Below are positions 38,068 to 47,403 of a DNA stretch of 64,000 nt, piece after piece. Positions within the stretch are counted from its first letter, which is position 1. The number at the start of each line of letters is the position of its first letter. A program made the translations under genes and the position numbers. Source of the DNA: an archaeon 13_2_20CM_2_53_6. GTDB taxonomy: Archaea > Thermoproteota > Bathyarchaeia > 40CM-2-53-6. Where the stretch lies: contig MNDT01000003.1 of NCBI GenBank assembly GCA_001915065.1, positions 6,908 to 70,907 on the forward strand. The letters run 5' to 3'. The notes under the pieces are model-generated. The model saw only the letters and a list, made by a program, of their open reading frames with translations. It ran no database searches and was not told where the DNA came from.

Positions 38068-39297
38068 GTGGCAGCCGAGACAGCATTCCTCCTCGATCTT
38101 GGCATCCTAGCTGTCTCAGCCTTGATCTTCAGCCTGATCTTTGCCAGGTTCAAACTGCCGATCGTCTCCGCTCAAATATTGGCTGGAATGACGGTAGGAC
38201 CATTCGCCCTCGGCTGGGTCGTAGACCAGACTGTCATAGGAGAGATCGCTTCCGTCGGGATCGTCCTCCTTCTCTTCCTCCTCGGCCTCGAACTCGACCC
38301 CGTCGAGTTGCGAAAGATAGCCAGGCAGGTGGTGCCTCTGACCTTCGTCGAAGTAGGCATCACATCTGCCTTTGTCCTCGCAGGTTCATACGTGCTTGGT
38401 CTGACGCTGATCTGGTCCGTGATCTTTGCCATGGCAGTGAGCATCAGCAGCACTGCCATTGTAGGCAAGATTATTCTCGAGAGGCGGATGTTTCAGGCCC
38501 AAGAGTCGAAATTCCTCGTCGGTTTGATGATAGCCGAAGACTTCGTCGCAGTCGGATTCTTGATAGTTCTGTCCACAATCACTTCCCCGGGAGCCGCATC
38601 CGCGTCCCAACAGCTCACCCGGATAGTCGAGATCGGACTCGGCGGGATCGGGCTTCTCGTCTTGGGCTACTTGGTAGCCAGATATCTGGCCCGCATAGCG
38701 ATCGACTATCTCAGCTCGTATGATGTAGATTTAGAAGAAATCCCATTTCTGTTTGCGCTTGCTCTCGGCGTTCTCTTCGCCGTACTGGCCGCGGTTCTCG
38801 GATATTCGCCAGGCATCGGGGCCTTCGTGATCGGGCTCTCAATCAGGGGAAAACAGTCAAGATTCTTGACTGAGAAGCTTTCCACGATCAAGGACCTGTT
38901 CCTGGTCCTCTTCTTCGTCTCAATGGGGAGCCTGATCGATCCATTCTCGGCGCTTGGCCTCGGGATCGCGATCATACTGGCTCTAGCGCTGGTGGTGGGA
39001 GGGAAGCTTGTTGGCGGATTCGCCGTCGGAAATGTTCTTTCCCGCGGTCAACATAATCCAGGGATCAGGCCATGGTCCTTCGGAACCTGGCTGGTTCCTA
39101 GAGGAGAGTTCTCTTTCGTAATAGGACAGTTCGCCCTGGCCATCGGGCTCATCAGTCGAGACATCTTCTCACTCATAGGCCTCTCGGTCCTCATCAGTGC
39201 CCTGGTCGGCCCATTCCTCCAGAGACTGGTCGAGCCGAAAATGGCGGAGAGCAGTCATCTGCTCAGGCCGCAGAAGGATGAGACGTCGGACCGATGA
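38068..39297 (+). CDS. cation:proton antiporter (CPA2/Kef-type)
   Basis: 409 aa (GTG start), 11-12 TM. FKLP.IVSAQILAGMTVGP, LLLFLLGLELD and PRGEFSFVIG. Confidence 0.85.
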   Translation: MAAETAFLLDLGILAVSALIFSLIFARFKLPIVSAQILAGMTVGPFALGWVVDQTVIGEIASVGIVLLLFLLGLELDPVELRKIARQVVPLTFVEVGITSAFVLAGSYVLGLTLIWSVIFAMAVSISSTAIVGKIILERRMFQAQESKFLVGLMIAEDFVAVGFLIVLSTITSPGAASASQQLTRIVEIGLGGIGLLVLGYLVARYLARIAIDYLSSYDVDLEEIPFLFALALGVLFAVLAAVLGYSPGIGAFVIGLSIRGKQSRFLTEKLSTIKDLFLVLFFVSMGSLIDPFSALGLGIAIILALALVVGGKLVGGFAVGNVLSRGQHNPGIRPWSFGTWLVPRGEFSFVIGQFALAIGLISRDIFSLIGLSVLISALVGPFLQRLVEPKMAESSHLLRPQKDETSDR

Positions 39298-39387
39298 AAC
39301 CTTGGACCGAGGACCTTAGGCAATTGTAACTTGCACGCTTCTAGTCGATGAAACCCTTCGCCCAGGAACGGCCTGGGAGATTGTTCC

Positions 39388-39763
39388 TCAGGTCAGGCCA
39401 TTCACGGCTGCGGACTTCAGGTTCGCCAGAAAGAATCCCCACCGGGCAAGCTCCAACGGGATGCCATGCTCAGCCCATCCGCCTTGGGATATTCTATTTC
39501 TAGGGTGAGGGTCGTAAGCCTGCCGTGAAGGTACATGCGTACTATCACCCCGTCCCCTCCCGCTGCAAACGGAACGAAGAGTGCTTCGGTCCCAAGTAAA
39601 GGACCTTGTAGTCAACTGGTCGCTCACCGGGCCAACTCAGCTTTAGCATTTTTCCAACTGCTATTCTCCCTTTGATAGCGGCCGGAAACCAGGAGCAAAG
39701 CCCCCTTCGAGAGGCAATCAGCCTCCACACCCGTTTCTTCCCAACCGGAAGAATCATTTTCAT
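39388..39763 (-). pseudogene. SRPBCC/Aha1-like domain gene spread over three frames
   Basis: Frame a: ILPVGKKRVWRLIASRRGLCSWFP...VDYKVLYLGPKHSSFRLQ. Frame b: GGDGVIVRMYLHGRLTTLTLEIEYP. Frame c: QGGWAEHGIPLELARWGFFLANLKSAAVNG. Confidence 0.55.
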
Positions 39764-39954
39764 CTTCGTAAGACCGGGACGAAAACAGAATCAATATTCA
39801 AGGGCAAAGGATTGCGGACATTTCCGGCGATCCGTTAAGGAACTTTGTCGACATGGGCCTAATGCATTAACCATCTTCTTCTTAGCGCGAGGAATGAGGT
39901 GGACTTAGCGCAGCTAAGGGCCCCCAAGATGCCTTGCCTGCGAGGCACATCCCA

Positions 39955-40380
39955 TCATCTTTCTATGTAGTCCCGTATGGCTCTCAGGTGCTTCGGGTTT
40001 TTCCGAAGAAACTCGACGAGCCTTGCGATTTTGTGAACGGTGATTGGCTGAATGTAGTGCTCAATTCCTTCCGTATCCTGATGCGCCGTAACTTCCTCCA
40101 CTCCGATCATAGAGAGAAACTCTGAGATTATTCCGTGCCGTGAGATTACGGATCTGGCCACCTTCTCGCCCTTTTCGGTGAGCTTCATCCCTCGGTAAGG
40201 CTCATGCGCTAGGTAGCCCTTCTTGGCAAGATTTCCCACCATGCCGGACACGGTTGGAGGTTTGACCTTCAGCATGTCGGAAAGGTCGACCGTGCTCGCG
40301 TATCCCTTATCATGGCTCAGCCGGTAGATTGCTTCGAGGTAGTCTTCCAGCCGAGAGGTTTCCTTTTTCAGATGAATCAT
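39955..40380 (-). CDS. DtxR/MntR-family metal-dependent transcriptional regulator
   Basis: 141 aa with EDYLEAIYRL....GYASTVDLSDMLKVKPPTVSGMV..L.KKGY and RH...EFL. Divergent from mntH. Confidence 0.9.
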   Translation of the reverse strand: MIHLKKETSRLEDYLEAIYRLSHDKGYASTVDLSDMLKVKPPTVSGMVGNLAKKGYLAHEPYRGMKLTEKGEKVARSVISRHGIISEFLSMIGVEEVTAHQDTEGIEHYIQPITVHKIARLVEFLRKNPKHLRAIRDYIER

Positions 40381-40435
40381 CTGCCCAATTCGGGTTCAGT
40401 CTGGAGCGGCATCGTTCGGTAAAAAGCTTGGCAAA

Positions 40436-40449
40436 TTAGGCCCGCCTAA
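40436..40449. promoter_or_regulatory. DtxR-box-like palindrome TTAGGC-cc-GCCTAA
   Basis: Perfect 6-2-6 inverted repeat in the regulator/mntH intergenic region. It resembles half-sites of the DtxR consensus TTAGGTTAGCCTAACCTAA. Confidence 0.55.
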
Positions 40450-40492
40450 AGCAATTCGAGTATATTAGCAAAATTAGACCGGACAAATCATG

Positions 40493-40506
40493 TTAGAGTG
40501 ACCTAA
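40493..40506. promoter_or_regulatory. second TTAG-N6-CTAA site overlapping the mntH TATA region
   Basis: ttagagtgacctaa followed by atttaaatat, 33-46 nt upstream of the mntH ATG. Confidence 0.4.
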
Positions 40507-40538
40507 ATTTAAATATCAGGTGTTATCTTACGCGGGCT

Positions 40539-41864
40539 ATGCGGGCCCCGTGGAAGGCGCAAGATCAGATCATGACTGGGCCGACGGGGCAGAGAACTAG
40601 CGCTAGAACTTCTCGTCGCGATTTCCTGCTTTACCTTGGGCCCTCGCTTATGGTTTCCTTGGCCTACATGGATCCAGGCAATTACGGTACTGACCTGGCC
40701 GCAGGTGCGGGCTTCAAGTTCGGATTGGTCTGGGCTGTCTGGCTTGCTTCGGCGATGGCGATGTTACTACAGTATCTTTCTGGGAAGCTTGGAATCGCTT
40801 CCGGTCATTCTCTACCAGAAATGGTAAGGAAGTCGCTGGGGCGGAAGGAGTTTGTGGTCCCCTACTGGCTCGCTGCTGAGGCGGCGGCGGCGGCGACCGA
40901 CCTTGCGGAATACTTGGGCACTGTCGTGGCTCTTAACATACTCTTTGGTGTACCTCTTCTGTACGCTGCAATTTTCGGCGCATTCGATGTCCTTCTTTTG
41001 ATGACGATGATGACAAGACGATTCCACATAATAGAGCAATTTTTCATGCTTTTCACGAGCGTTCTCGTCATTGGCATACTCTACCAGTTGATAGTCATCA
41101 AACCTGACCTGGGCCAGATTGCATTCCATTCTGTTGTGCCAGGCTCTTTGAGTACCGACGCTCTCCTGCTTGTCGTCGGGATAATCGGGGCGACTGTCAT
41201 GCCCCACGCCCTTTTCGTCCACTCTTGGCTTTCAAAGAACAAGATGGATCTCATGGGCAAGAAGATACTCGATCCCAACAATAGATATGATTCTTCCAAT
41301 GCCTCGCTCGAAGTGAGACAAAAGACGAGGAAAATTCACCTGTGGGAGACTGTTGTATTCTTGAGCATTGCTGGAGTTGTCAACGCAGGAATACTGCTTG
41401 TGGCTACACCGCTGTACCCGAACTCTAATCTCACGATTGAATATGCTGTACGACAGCTAAGCGGGATATTCGCACCCATCGTGGGAATCATCTTTGTTCT
41501 GACTCTACTTGCGTCAGGTCTCACGTCATCGACACTTGGAACAATCGCAGGGCAGGTAATAATGGAAGGGCTGATCGGGAAGCACTGGAACATTTGGGCA
41601 AGAAGAATAGTTACGAGGGGTGTGAATGTGTTCCCAACCACGATAGCGATACTCGTCGGGCTTGACCCGCTTATCTTGCTGGTTTACAGTCAGGTGATAC
41701 TGAGCCTCATGATTCCCCTCCCGATGATCCCGCTTGTCTACTTCACATCAAAGAAGAAGCTCATGGGGGATCTTGTCAACAGAAGGAGAACAATTATTGT
41801 CGCAGTGGTGACTGTCGCGCTGATAATGGCATTCAACGCATACTTGTTGCTAACTAGCGTGTAG
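40539..41864 (+). CDS. mntH: NRAMP-family divalent metal (Mn2+/Fe2+) transporter
   Basis: 441 aa with GPSLMVSLAYMDPGNYGTDL (DPGN motif), ATVMPHALFVHS and 11 TM. Confidence 0.9.
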   Translation: MRAPWKAQDQIMTGPTGQRTSARTSRRDFLLYLGPSLMVSLAYMDPGNYGTDLAAGAGFKFGLVWAVWLASAMAMLLQYLSGKLGIASGHSLPEMVRKSLGRKEFVVPYWLAAEAAAAATDLAEYLGTVVALNILFGVPLLYAAIFGAFDVLLLMTMMTRRFHIIEQFFMLFTSVLVIGILYQLIVIKPDLGQIAFHSVVPGSLSTDALLLVVGIIGATVMPHALFVHSWLSKNKMDLMGKKILDPNNRYDSSNASLEVRQKTRKIHLWETVVFLSIAGVVNAGILLVATPLYPNSNLTIEYAVRQLSGIFAPIVGIIFVLTLLASGLTSSTLGTIAGQVIMEGLIGKHWNIWARRIVTRGVNVFPTTIAILVGLDPLILLVYSQVILSLMIPLPMIPLVYFTSKKKLMGDLVNRRRTIIVAVVTVALIMAFNAYLLLTSV

Positions 41865-41897
41865 CTGTGAATACGTTCGTACTTGCCACCATTCTGG

Positions 41898-41982
41898 TGC
41901 GGGGGGTGGGATTTGAACCCACGAACCCCTACGGGACAGGGTCCTGAGCCCTGCGCCTTTGACCTGGCTTGGCAACCCCCGC
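41898..41982 (-). tRNA. tRNA-Leu (CAG), no intron
   Basis: GCGGGGG TT GCCA AGCCAGGTCAA AGGC G CAGGG CTCAGGA CCCTG TCCCGTAGGGGTTC GTGGG TTCAAAT CCCAC CCCCCGC A. Long variable arm and anticodon CAG. Confidence 0.9.
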
Positions 41983-42070
41983 TTGGAGGGCGGAGTGCGA
42001 AAGTTGTCAGATAAAGCCGTGTGTCGGCGACTAATTCTCGGGCCCGGTTTCTCGTGGGTCTTTCGGGGTG

Positions 42071-42340
42071 CTATTTCTCCGGCTTTGCCATCTCTGGCTC
42101 TGGAGGGATCTGGTGCCGGACGGTTCTTCCTGGAATTCCTCTGTGCTTTTCTATCTCTCTCAGTCTCTTCTCCCAGTCTCGCATTTGTCTGTCCTTCAGT
42201 AGCTGGTTGAGGATCTGTGAGGTGTTGTTGTAGAGCTGGGTCCAGCGCTCCCGCGTCTTCAGGTCCAGATTCTCATCGAGTATGACCTTGCGGCACTTTG
42301 CCAGGTTCTGACGTAGCTCTCTTACCATCCTATCGCCCAC
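42071..42340 (-). CDS. hypothetical coiled-coil protein
   Basis: 89 aa, charged and helical. No family recognised. Confidence 0.35.
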   Translation of the reverse strand: MGDRMVRELRQNLAKCRKVILDENLDLKTRERWTQLYNNTSQILNQLLKDRQMRDWEKRLREIEKHRGIPGRTVRHQIPPEPEMAKPEK

Positions 42341-42372
42341 CTTCTCCTCAAGACCGTCGCTCTGGTCCAGGC

Positions 42373-42657
42373 TCAGTCTTCCACACCCTTCCGTCGCCGC
42401 TCGCCTGTCCCCGAAACCAATCCCTCAATCCTACGCGCCTCCTCTACTCTCCTGGACCCGCCTTCGCGTAGAGCCAGCCTCCAGAGCCTCAACAACCGCG
42501 TCCCCGTCGCGCTCAACAGCCTCTTCTGCCCCTGATCCAGCGTCCTCAGACGCGACCCCTCGTCCAGGTCGTCCAAGACCATGACGGTCAACCGGCGAAT
42601 ATTCGCCAGAAGCTCCCCATATCCGTCCTCGCGATTCTCCACATCCAAATGTTCCAT
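42373..42657 (-). CDS. hypothetical protein
   Basis: 94 aa, Arg/Leu/Glu-rich and helical. No family recognised. Confidence 0.3.
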   Translation of the reverse strand: MEHLDVENREDGYGELLANIRRLTVMVLDDLDEGSRLRTLDQGQKRLLSATGTRLLRLWRLALREGGSRRVEEARRIEGLVSGTGERRRKGVED

Positions 42658-43053
42658 CTCCTACATGTCCCAGCGATCTCCGGCGTCCCCTCCGGTAGGC
42701 TCATCCATCTCCGAAGAAGAGAGGAATCCCCGCAAACCTAGGGCGTGTCCCTATCGAGACCGCGACAGAACATACGTCAATCCCTCGAAATAAATCATCT
42801 TTAACCCACTGACGGAGACAACCAAAGACGGTATCCGCACAAACAGTCCCAACAACGTCCACAATCGCTCAAGAACGTCCAGACCAGACGAAAAAGTACG
42901 TTTTCCAATCCCGGAAAAGCATGCTTAACCCGTCCCCCCCGGGCGTCAAAATCTCCCGAGAAAAACGTTCCTCAGAATCCTCTCGTCTACCGCCCCGAAA
43001 AACAGACAGTGTCCCTAAGAAAGGGGATTAGTGTCCCAGGCTCTCCAAACCAT

Positions 43054-43398
43054 CTACTTAGTCCGCTCTAGCACTACTTCTATGGTGGAGACGTTCCGCG
43101 CGTCTTGGCCTTCACCGACAACCTCCGTGCCCAAGTTCACATGTTTTACAAGGCTGCCCTGGAAGAAGCGGTTATTCACCACCTCAGCCACATCAACAGC
43201 CGTGCTGATGGCTCTTCCACGAGCCTTTAGACTCAGCTTCTTGGCGCCCGTGTTGAAATGCATCATGACAGCCGTAGCATAAGCCATGATCGGCTTCTTA
43301 CCGATCAGTATCGTGTCCGCTGGAATGTCACTTCTACGCACCGGGGCAGGAGCCCTCTCCGCCTTCTTTGGTTCTTCTGACAAGCAATTCACCTCCAC
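43054..43398 (-). CDS. albA: DNA/RNA-binding protein Alba
   Basis: ILIGKKPIMAYATAVMMHFNTGAKKLSLKARGRAISTAVDVAEVVNNRFF. The start is possibly downstream (GTG 43341). Confidence 0.9.
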   Translation of the reverse strand: MEVNCLSEEPKKAERAPAPVRRSDIPADTILIGKKPIMAYATAVMMHFNTGAKKLSLKARGRAISTAVDVAEVVNNRFFQGSLVKHVNLGTEVVGEGQDARNVSTIEVVLERTK

Positions 43399-43925
43399 GT
43401 ACGCGAGTGCACTGACGGCAAACCCGGCTATGCACAGAACCAGCCTAAATAGCTATCTGAAACCCACGCACAAGACCCGCCCCAATGGACCAAGCTCGAC
43501 CCAACCCATTCCTGGCTCGTAAAGAGGAATCTTTCTCGGTGACGCCCACGCTCCATCCTTCCTCTCAAGAGCCACTCAGTAGCAGACCCCAACATCATCG
43601 TCGCCAACCTCGAAGGCCGCCGTGTACCACGCTCTTCTCACTCCAAATTACTGACCATTCTCATCAAAGGACCCAGTCACCAAAAATCAACGAGAAGGAA
43701 GAACCGTGACGGGGAACTATTCATCCCGCATGTCGAACAGACACGATGCATCCGGACTCGTTCGGGAGTAGCCGATTGCTAGAAAACTGTATCTAGAATC
43801 TCGAAATAAAAACCGAAAACTTTGTTCCCAGCTCGTTCAAATACGGTGAACGTGAGATTTCTTCTTCCATCTTTCCTGTTCAAATTTCAACGTTTATCTC
43901 TAACGACAGAACTAGATATCCTCTT

Positions 43926-44192
43926 ATGCCCAAGTTTATGCAGTCACTCGGGATAGAAACCTACCATCGGCTGGTAACAGAGGCGAAAGCAAGAGATGTC
44001 ACTGTACAATCCCTCATACGCACAGTCATTGTCCCGGACTGGCTCAAAACAGTCCCCGCGCAAATAGGCATCCAGACAACCATGGCCAAACCCACGACCC
44101 AATCCGGCACGCTCATCTCTCACGCCGGAATCCTGACGGAGACAACGCGCCGACCTTTCCTTAACGCCACGGTCGGGCGGGGGAGACCCTAG
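43926..44192 (+). CDS. small RHH-like protein (paralog of 37362-37562)
   Basis: 88 aa. The conserved N-terminal 40 aa match the paralog. TATA-like cgtttatc lies ~27 nt upstream of the ATG. Confidence 0.45.
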   Translation: MPKFMQSLGIETYHRLVTEAKARDVTVQSLIRTVIVPDWLKTVPAQIGIQTTMAKPTTQSGTLISHAGILTETTRRPFLNATVGRGRP

Positions 44193-44322
44193 CCCGAGCC
44201 TTTTTCTTTCGACCGAAGAAGGCTCTGTAAGAAGCTACAGTTCTAAACCGAGATTCGGACTCAAATAGTGGACTTGAGACCGCCGACTCCTACGCGGTCG
44301 ATCTGCCCAGAACTTCCGCCTC

Positions 44323-46461
44323 CTAGGCCACCGGGCTGGGGCCCACTCGTATCTTCGGCCTCGCGGCTTCCGAGAACTGTTGGGAGAATCGTTCGTACAT
44401 TTTCAGCTCCTCGCTGGACATCGGCTTGATCTTCTGCAGTGCCTCGTCATAGTGGCGCTTTGCCACCTTCAGACCCTTCGCCCGCTTCTTGGCATCCTCA
44501 GGGTCCTTGGACTTGGAAATATGCTCTCTCAGAGAGAGCATCACGGCCGTGTTGGCTACGGATGCTATGTCCGCGCCGGTGTACCCGTCCGTCCGCTTGG
44601 CAAGCTCGTCCAGATTTACATCCTCCCCAAGCGGAGTCTTCCTCGTATGAATCTTGAAGATCTGCCTCCTCGCCTCAAGATCAGGTGGGGGCACGAACAA
44701 TAGCCGGTCGAACCTTCCCGGCCTCAACAGAGCCGAGTCGATAATGTCAGGCCGGTTCGTGGCAGCTATGATGACCACGTTCCGCAGCTCCTCCAAGCCG
44801 TCCATCTCGGTCAGGAACTGGCTGATCACCCGCTCCGTGACATGAGCATCGCCTCCTCCGCTCCCACGGACCGGCGCTACAGAGTCTATCTCGTCGAAGA
44901 ATATGATGCAAGGCGAAGCCTGACGGGCCTTCCGAAAAACTTCTCGCACAGCCTTCTCGGACTCACCCACGAACTTGTTCAGTAGCTCGGGACCCTTCAC
45001 GCTGATGAAGTTCGACTCGCTCTCATGCGCCACCGCCTTAGCCAACAGTGTCTTGCCCGTCCCGGGAGGACCGTACAGCAACAACCCCTTAGGCGGGCTA
45101 GCGTTCAGCTGCGCGAACAAATCCGGATACTTCAACGGCCACTCCACCGCCTCCCGCAGCTCCTCTTTCACGTCCTCCAAGCCCCCGATCTGATCCCATG
45201 ACACGTCAGGAATCTCGACCAGGACCTCCCGCATGGCCGACGGTTCGACCTCCTTCAAGGCGTCCAGAAAATCGGACATTTTCACGATGATCTTGTTCAG
45301 AATATCGCCTGGAATGCTCTGAGCCTCAAGATTGATCTCAGGCAGAATCCTACGCAGAGCCCTTATGGCCGCTTCCTTTGCCAACGCCTCGAGATCCGCG
45401 CCGACAAAACCGTGCGTCACATCCGCCAGCTTCTTCAGATCCACATCCTCCGCCAAGGGCATCCCACGGGTGTGAATCTCCAAGACCTCCAAGCGCCCGT
45501 CACGATCGGGCACGCCGATCTCGATCTCCCGGTCGAATCGTCCCGGTCGGCGCAGAGCCGGGTCGATCGCGTTGGGACGATTGGTCGCTCCGATCACGAC
45601 CACCTTCCCCCGCGACTGGAGTCCATCCATTAGGGACAAGAGCTGGCTGGTAACCCGCTTCTCAACCTCGCCCGTTACTTCCTCCCTCTTCGGAGCGATC
45701 GAATCGATCTCGTCGATGAAGACGATCGAAGGAGCATTCTCCTGTGCCTCCTTGAACACTTCTCTGAGCCGCTCCTCGCTCTCGCCGTAGTACTTGCTCA
45801 TGATCTCCGGCCCTCCGATGCTGAGAAAGTTCGCGTTCGTCTCGCTCGCGACCGCCCTCGCCAACAACGTCTTCCCAGTCCCGGGGGGACCGTGAAGCAA
45901 GACCCCTTTCGGTGCCTCAACCCCAAGCCTCTCGAACAATTCTGGATGCCGTAGGGGAAGCTCTATCATCTCACGAATCTTCTGAAACGGAGTCGTGTTC
46001 GTCACCACCAGGTTCACTGTCCGCCCCATGATGTTGATCGGGACGAAGTCACCCCGCGATAAGACCCGCCCTTCCAAGAGCTGGCTCAGATACTCTTCTC
46101 CACCAACAATACGGAGCGGCTCAGTCGGAGCCAACGTCAAGCGTTCAGCGATCTTAGCATCGATCTTCCGAATAGTCACCTTGTCATCAATCGAGACGCC
46201 CGCATTGTTCCTGAGGTAACCATCAATCCGGACTATTCCCTTCCCATAATCCTGCTCGTGAGCTGGCCAGCACAAGGCGTTCGTCTTACGTTTGCCCGTA
46301 ATCTGAACGACGTCCCCCGAGGTTAATCCGAGGTCTTGCACAACCTTCGGATCTATCCTGGCTATTCCCCGGCCTACATCTCGCTGCAGCGCGTCGGCAA
46401 CCCTCAGAGTCGCAGTCTTTTCGGGCAATCTATTCACCAAGAAGAATTGAAAGAGGCCCAA
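44323..46461 (-). CDS. cdc48: CDC48/VCP (VAT)-type AAA+ ATPase, two AAA domains
   Basis: 712 aa. N-domain (LRVADA...GIVRIDG...), D1 [23 protein letters not shown]2 [22 protein letters not shown]. The N-D1 linker appears shortened (see finding). Confidence 0.95.
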   Translation of the reverse strand: MGLFQFFLVNRLPEKTATLRVADALQRDVGRGIARIDPKVVQDLGLTSGDVVQITGKRKTNALCWPAHEQDYGKGIVRIDGYLRNNAGVSIDDKVTIRKIDAKIAERLTLAPTEPLRIVGGEEYLSQLLEGRVLSRGDFVPINIMGRTVNLVVTNTTPFQKIREMIELPLRHPELFERLGVEAPKGVLLHGPPGTGKTLLARAVASETNANFLSIGGPEIMSKYYGESEERLREVFKEAQENAPSIVFIDEIDSIAPKREEVTGEVEKRVTSQLLSLMDGLQSRGKVVVIGATNRPNAIDPALRRPGRFDREIEIGVPDRDGRLEVLEIHTRGMPLAEDVDLKKLADVTHGFVGADLEALAKEAAIRALRRILPEINLEAQSIPGDILNKIIVKMSDFLDALKEVEPSAMREVLVEIPDVSWDQIGGLEDVKEELREAVEWPLKYPDLFAQLNASPPKGLLLYGPPGTGKTLLAKAVAHESESNFISVKGPELLNKFVGESEKAVREVFRKARQASPCIIFFDEIDSVAPVRGSGGGDAHVTERVISQFLTEMDGLEELRNVVIIAATNRPDIIDSALLRPGRFDRLLFVPPPDLEARRQIFKIHTRKTPLGEDVNLDELAKRTDGYTGADIASVANTAVMLSLREHISKSKDPEDAKKRAKGLKVAKRHYDEALQKIKPMSSEELKMYERFSQQFSEAARPKIRVGPSPVA

Positions 46462-46685
46462 GCTACTCTAATAAAACGCTAGCAGGATCGATTCCGAAGA
46501 ATCGTTTCATCCAGCATTGGTAATTGTACCCTACTCGCTAACGGCTCGGATCTGCCCAGCGCAGAATCCGCTGGTCCTCGCGAGTCTTAGCTCTGACTCT
46601 TTCCATCCCCGAAATAGGTCCCGTGTGATTTATACACAGCCAGCCCGCCTAGGATGTCAAGCCGGATGCGAGGGCGGAGAAAACA

Positions 46686-47042
46686 ATGTCGGATGATGTG
46701 AAGCGGATGGCCGACCTTCTAAAATCAGGAGCGACAATGCTCTCTGACGTTTGTCCGAATTGCGGCAGCCCTCTGTTCAAAGTCAAAGGCGAAATCTTCT
46801 GCGCCAAGTGCAACAAGCCGGTGGTTTACGCTCGGGCGACCGGACCTCAAGCAACGGTCTCTGCCAGCATGCTTCTCGAGAGTGTTGAACAGACAGTTAT
46901 CGGAAAGATTAGCGAGACCAACGAGCTCTTGAAGCTGGAAAAGGATCCTGAGAGGCTCTCAGCCTACAGCAACCTAGTATTCGGATGGCTCTCAATGCTG
47001 GAAAAGCTTAGGAATCTCAAGGAGACTTTCAGCCAATCATAG
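46686..47042 (+). CDS. UPF0148-family zinc-ribbon protein
   Basis: 118 aa. MADLLKSGATMLSDVCPNCGSPLFKVKGEIFCAKC is the typical archaeal UPF0148 N-terminus. Confidence 0.75.
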   Translation: MSDDVKRMADLLKSGATMLSDVCPNCGSPLFKVKGEIFCAKCNKPVVYARATGPQATVSASMLLESVEQTVIGKISETNELLKLEKDPERLSAYSNLVFGWLSMLEKLRNLKETFSQS

Positions 47043-47375
47043 CCTCAGCAAGGTTTCGGGCTCGACCGTTCTTCCGTTGACGAGATTTGTTAACTCTACC
47101 TTCCGACGTCGCCTTCTAGCAAGCACGACCACCGCTCCAGTCAGCTGAGCGAAACCCAACAACTCTCTCTTCCGCTGTTCTCCGAGAAACGAGCCTCCTG
47201 CTTTGCACTCGACGAGAACAGATTTGCCGTTGCATAGACACACCAGATCTATCGGTTTGGATTGAGCAGCTCGGACAACGAAGAACCCGCTTCTGCGGAA
47301 CAGGTCCCTCACCCGGTATTCCAGCCGTCTCCCGGCTTCGTAGTTGGACAAATCCATCCCGACCTGAATCGCCAC
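47037..47375 (-). CDS. hjc: Holliday-junction resolvase Hjc-like PD-(D/E)xK nuclease
   Basis: 112 aa. GRRLEYRVRDLFRRSGFFVVRAA.SKPIDLVCL.NGKSVLVECK reproduces the Hjc E...D...ExK arrangement. Confidence 0.7.
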   Translation of the reverse strand: MAIQVGMDLSNYEAGRRLEYRVRDLFRRSGFFVVRAAQSKPIDLVCLCNGKSVLVECKAGGSFLGEQRKRELLGFAQLTGAVVVLARRRRRKVELTNLVNGRTVEPETLLRL

Positions 47376-47403
47376 TCACTTAAGGTGTGTGAGGGACCTG
47401 AAA

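Noticed and set aside
37677-38723. 348-aa ORF, the longest ORF in its region
   Set aside because: It is extremely Arg/Pro/Ser-rich and overlaps the well-supported CPA2 antiporter gene (38068-39297) out of frame. It is a typical shadow ORF of a GC-rich coding region.
41898-42657. tRNA-Leu plus two small helical ORFs as an integrated mobile-element remnant
   Set aside because: There is no integrase, no duplicated tRNA 3' segment (att site) that I could find, and no other mobile-element genes.
44380-46219. Many plus-strand ORFs inside cdc48, and similar antisense ORFs inside the pst genes, polB, moxR and DUF58
   Set aside because: They are antisense shadows of strongly supported genes, with biased composition and no independent evidence.
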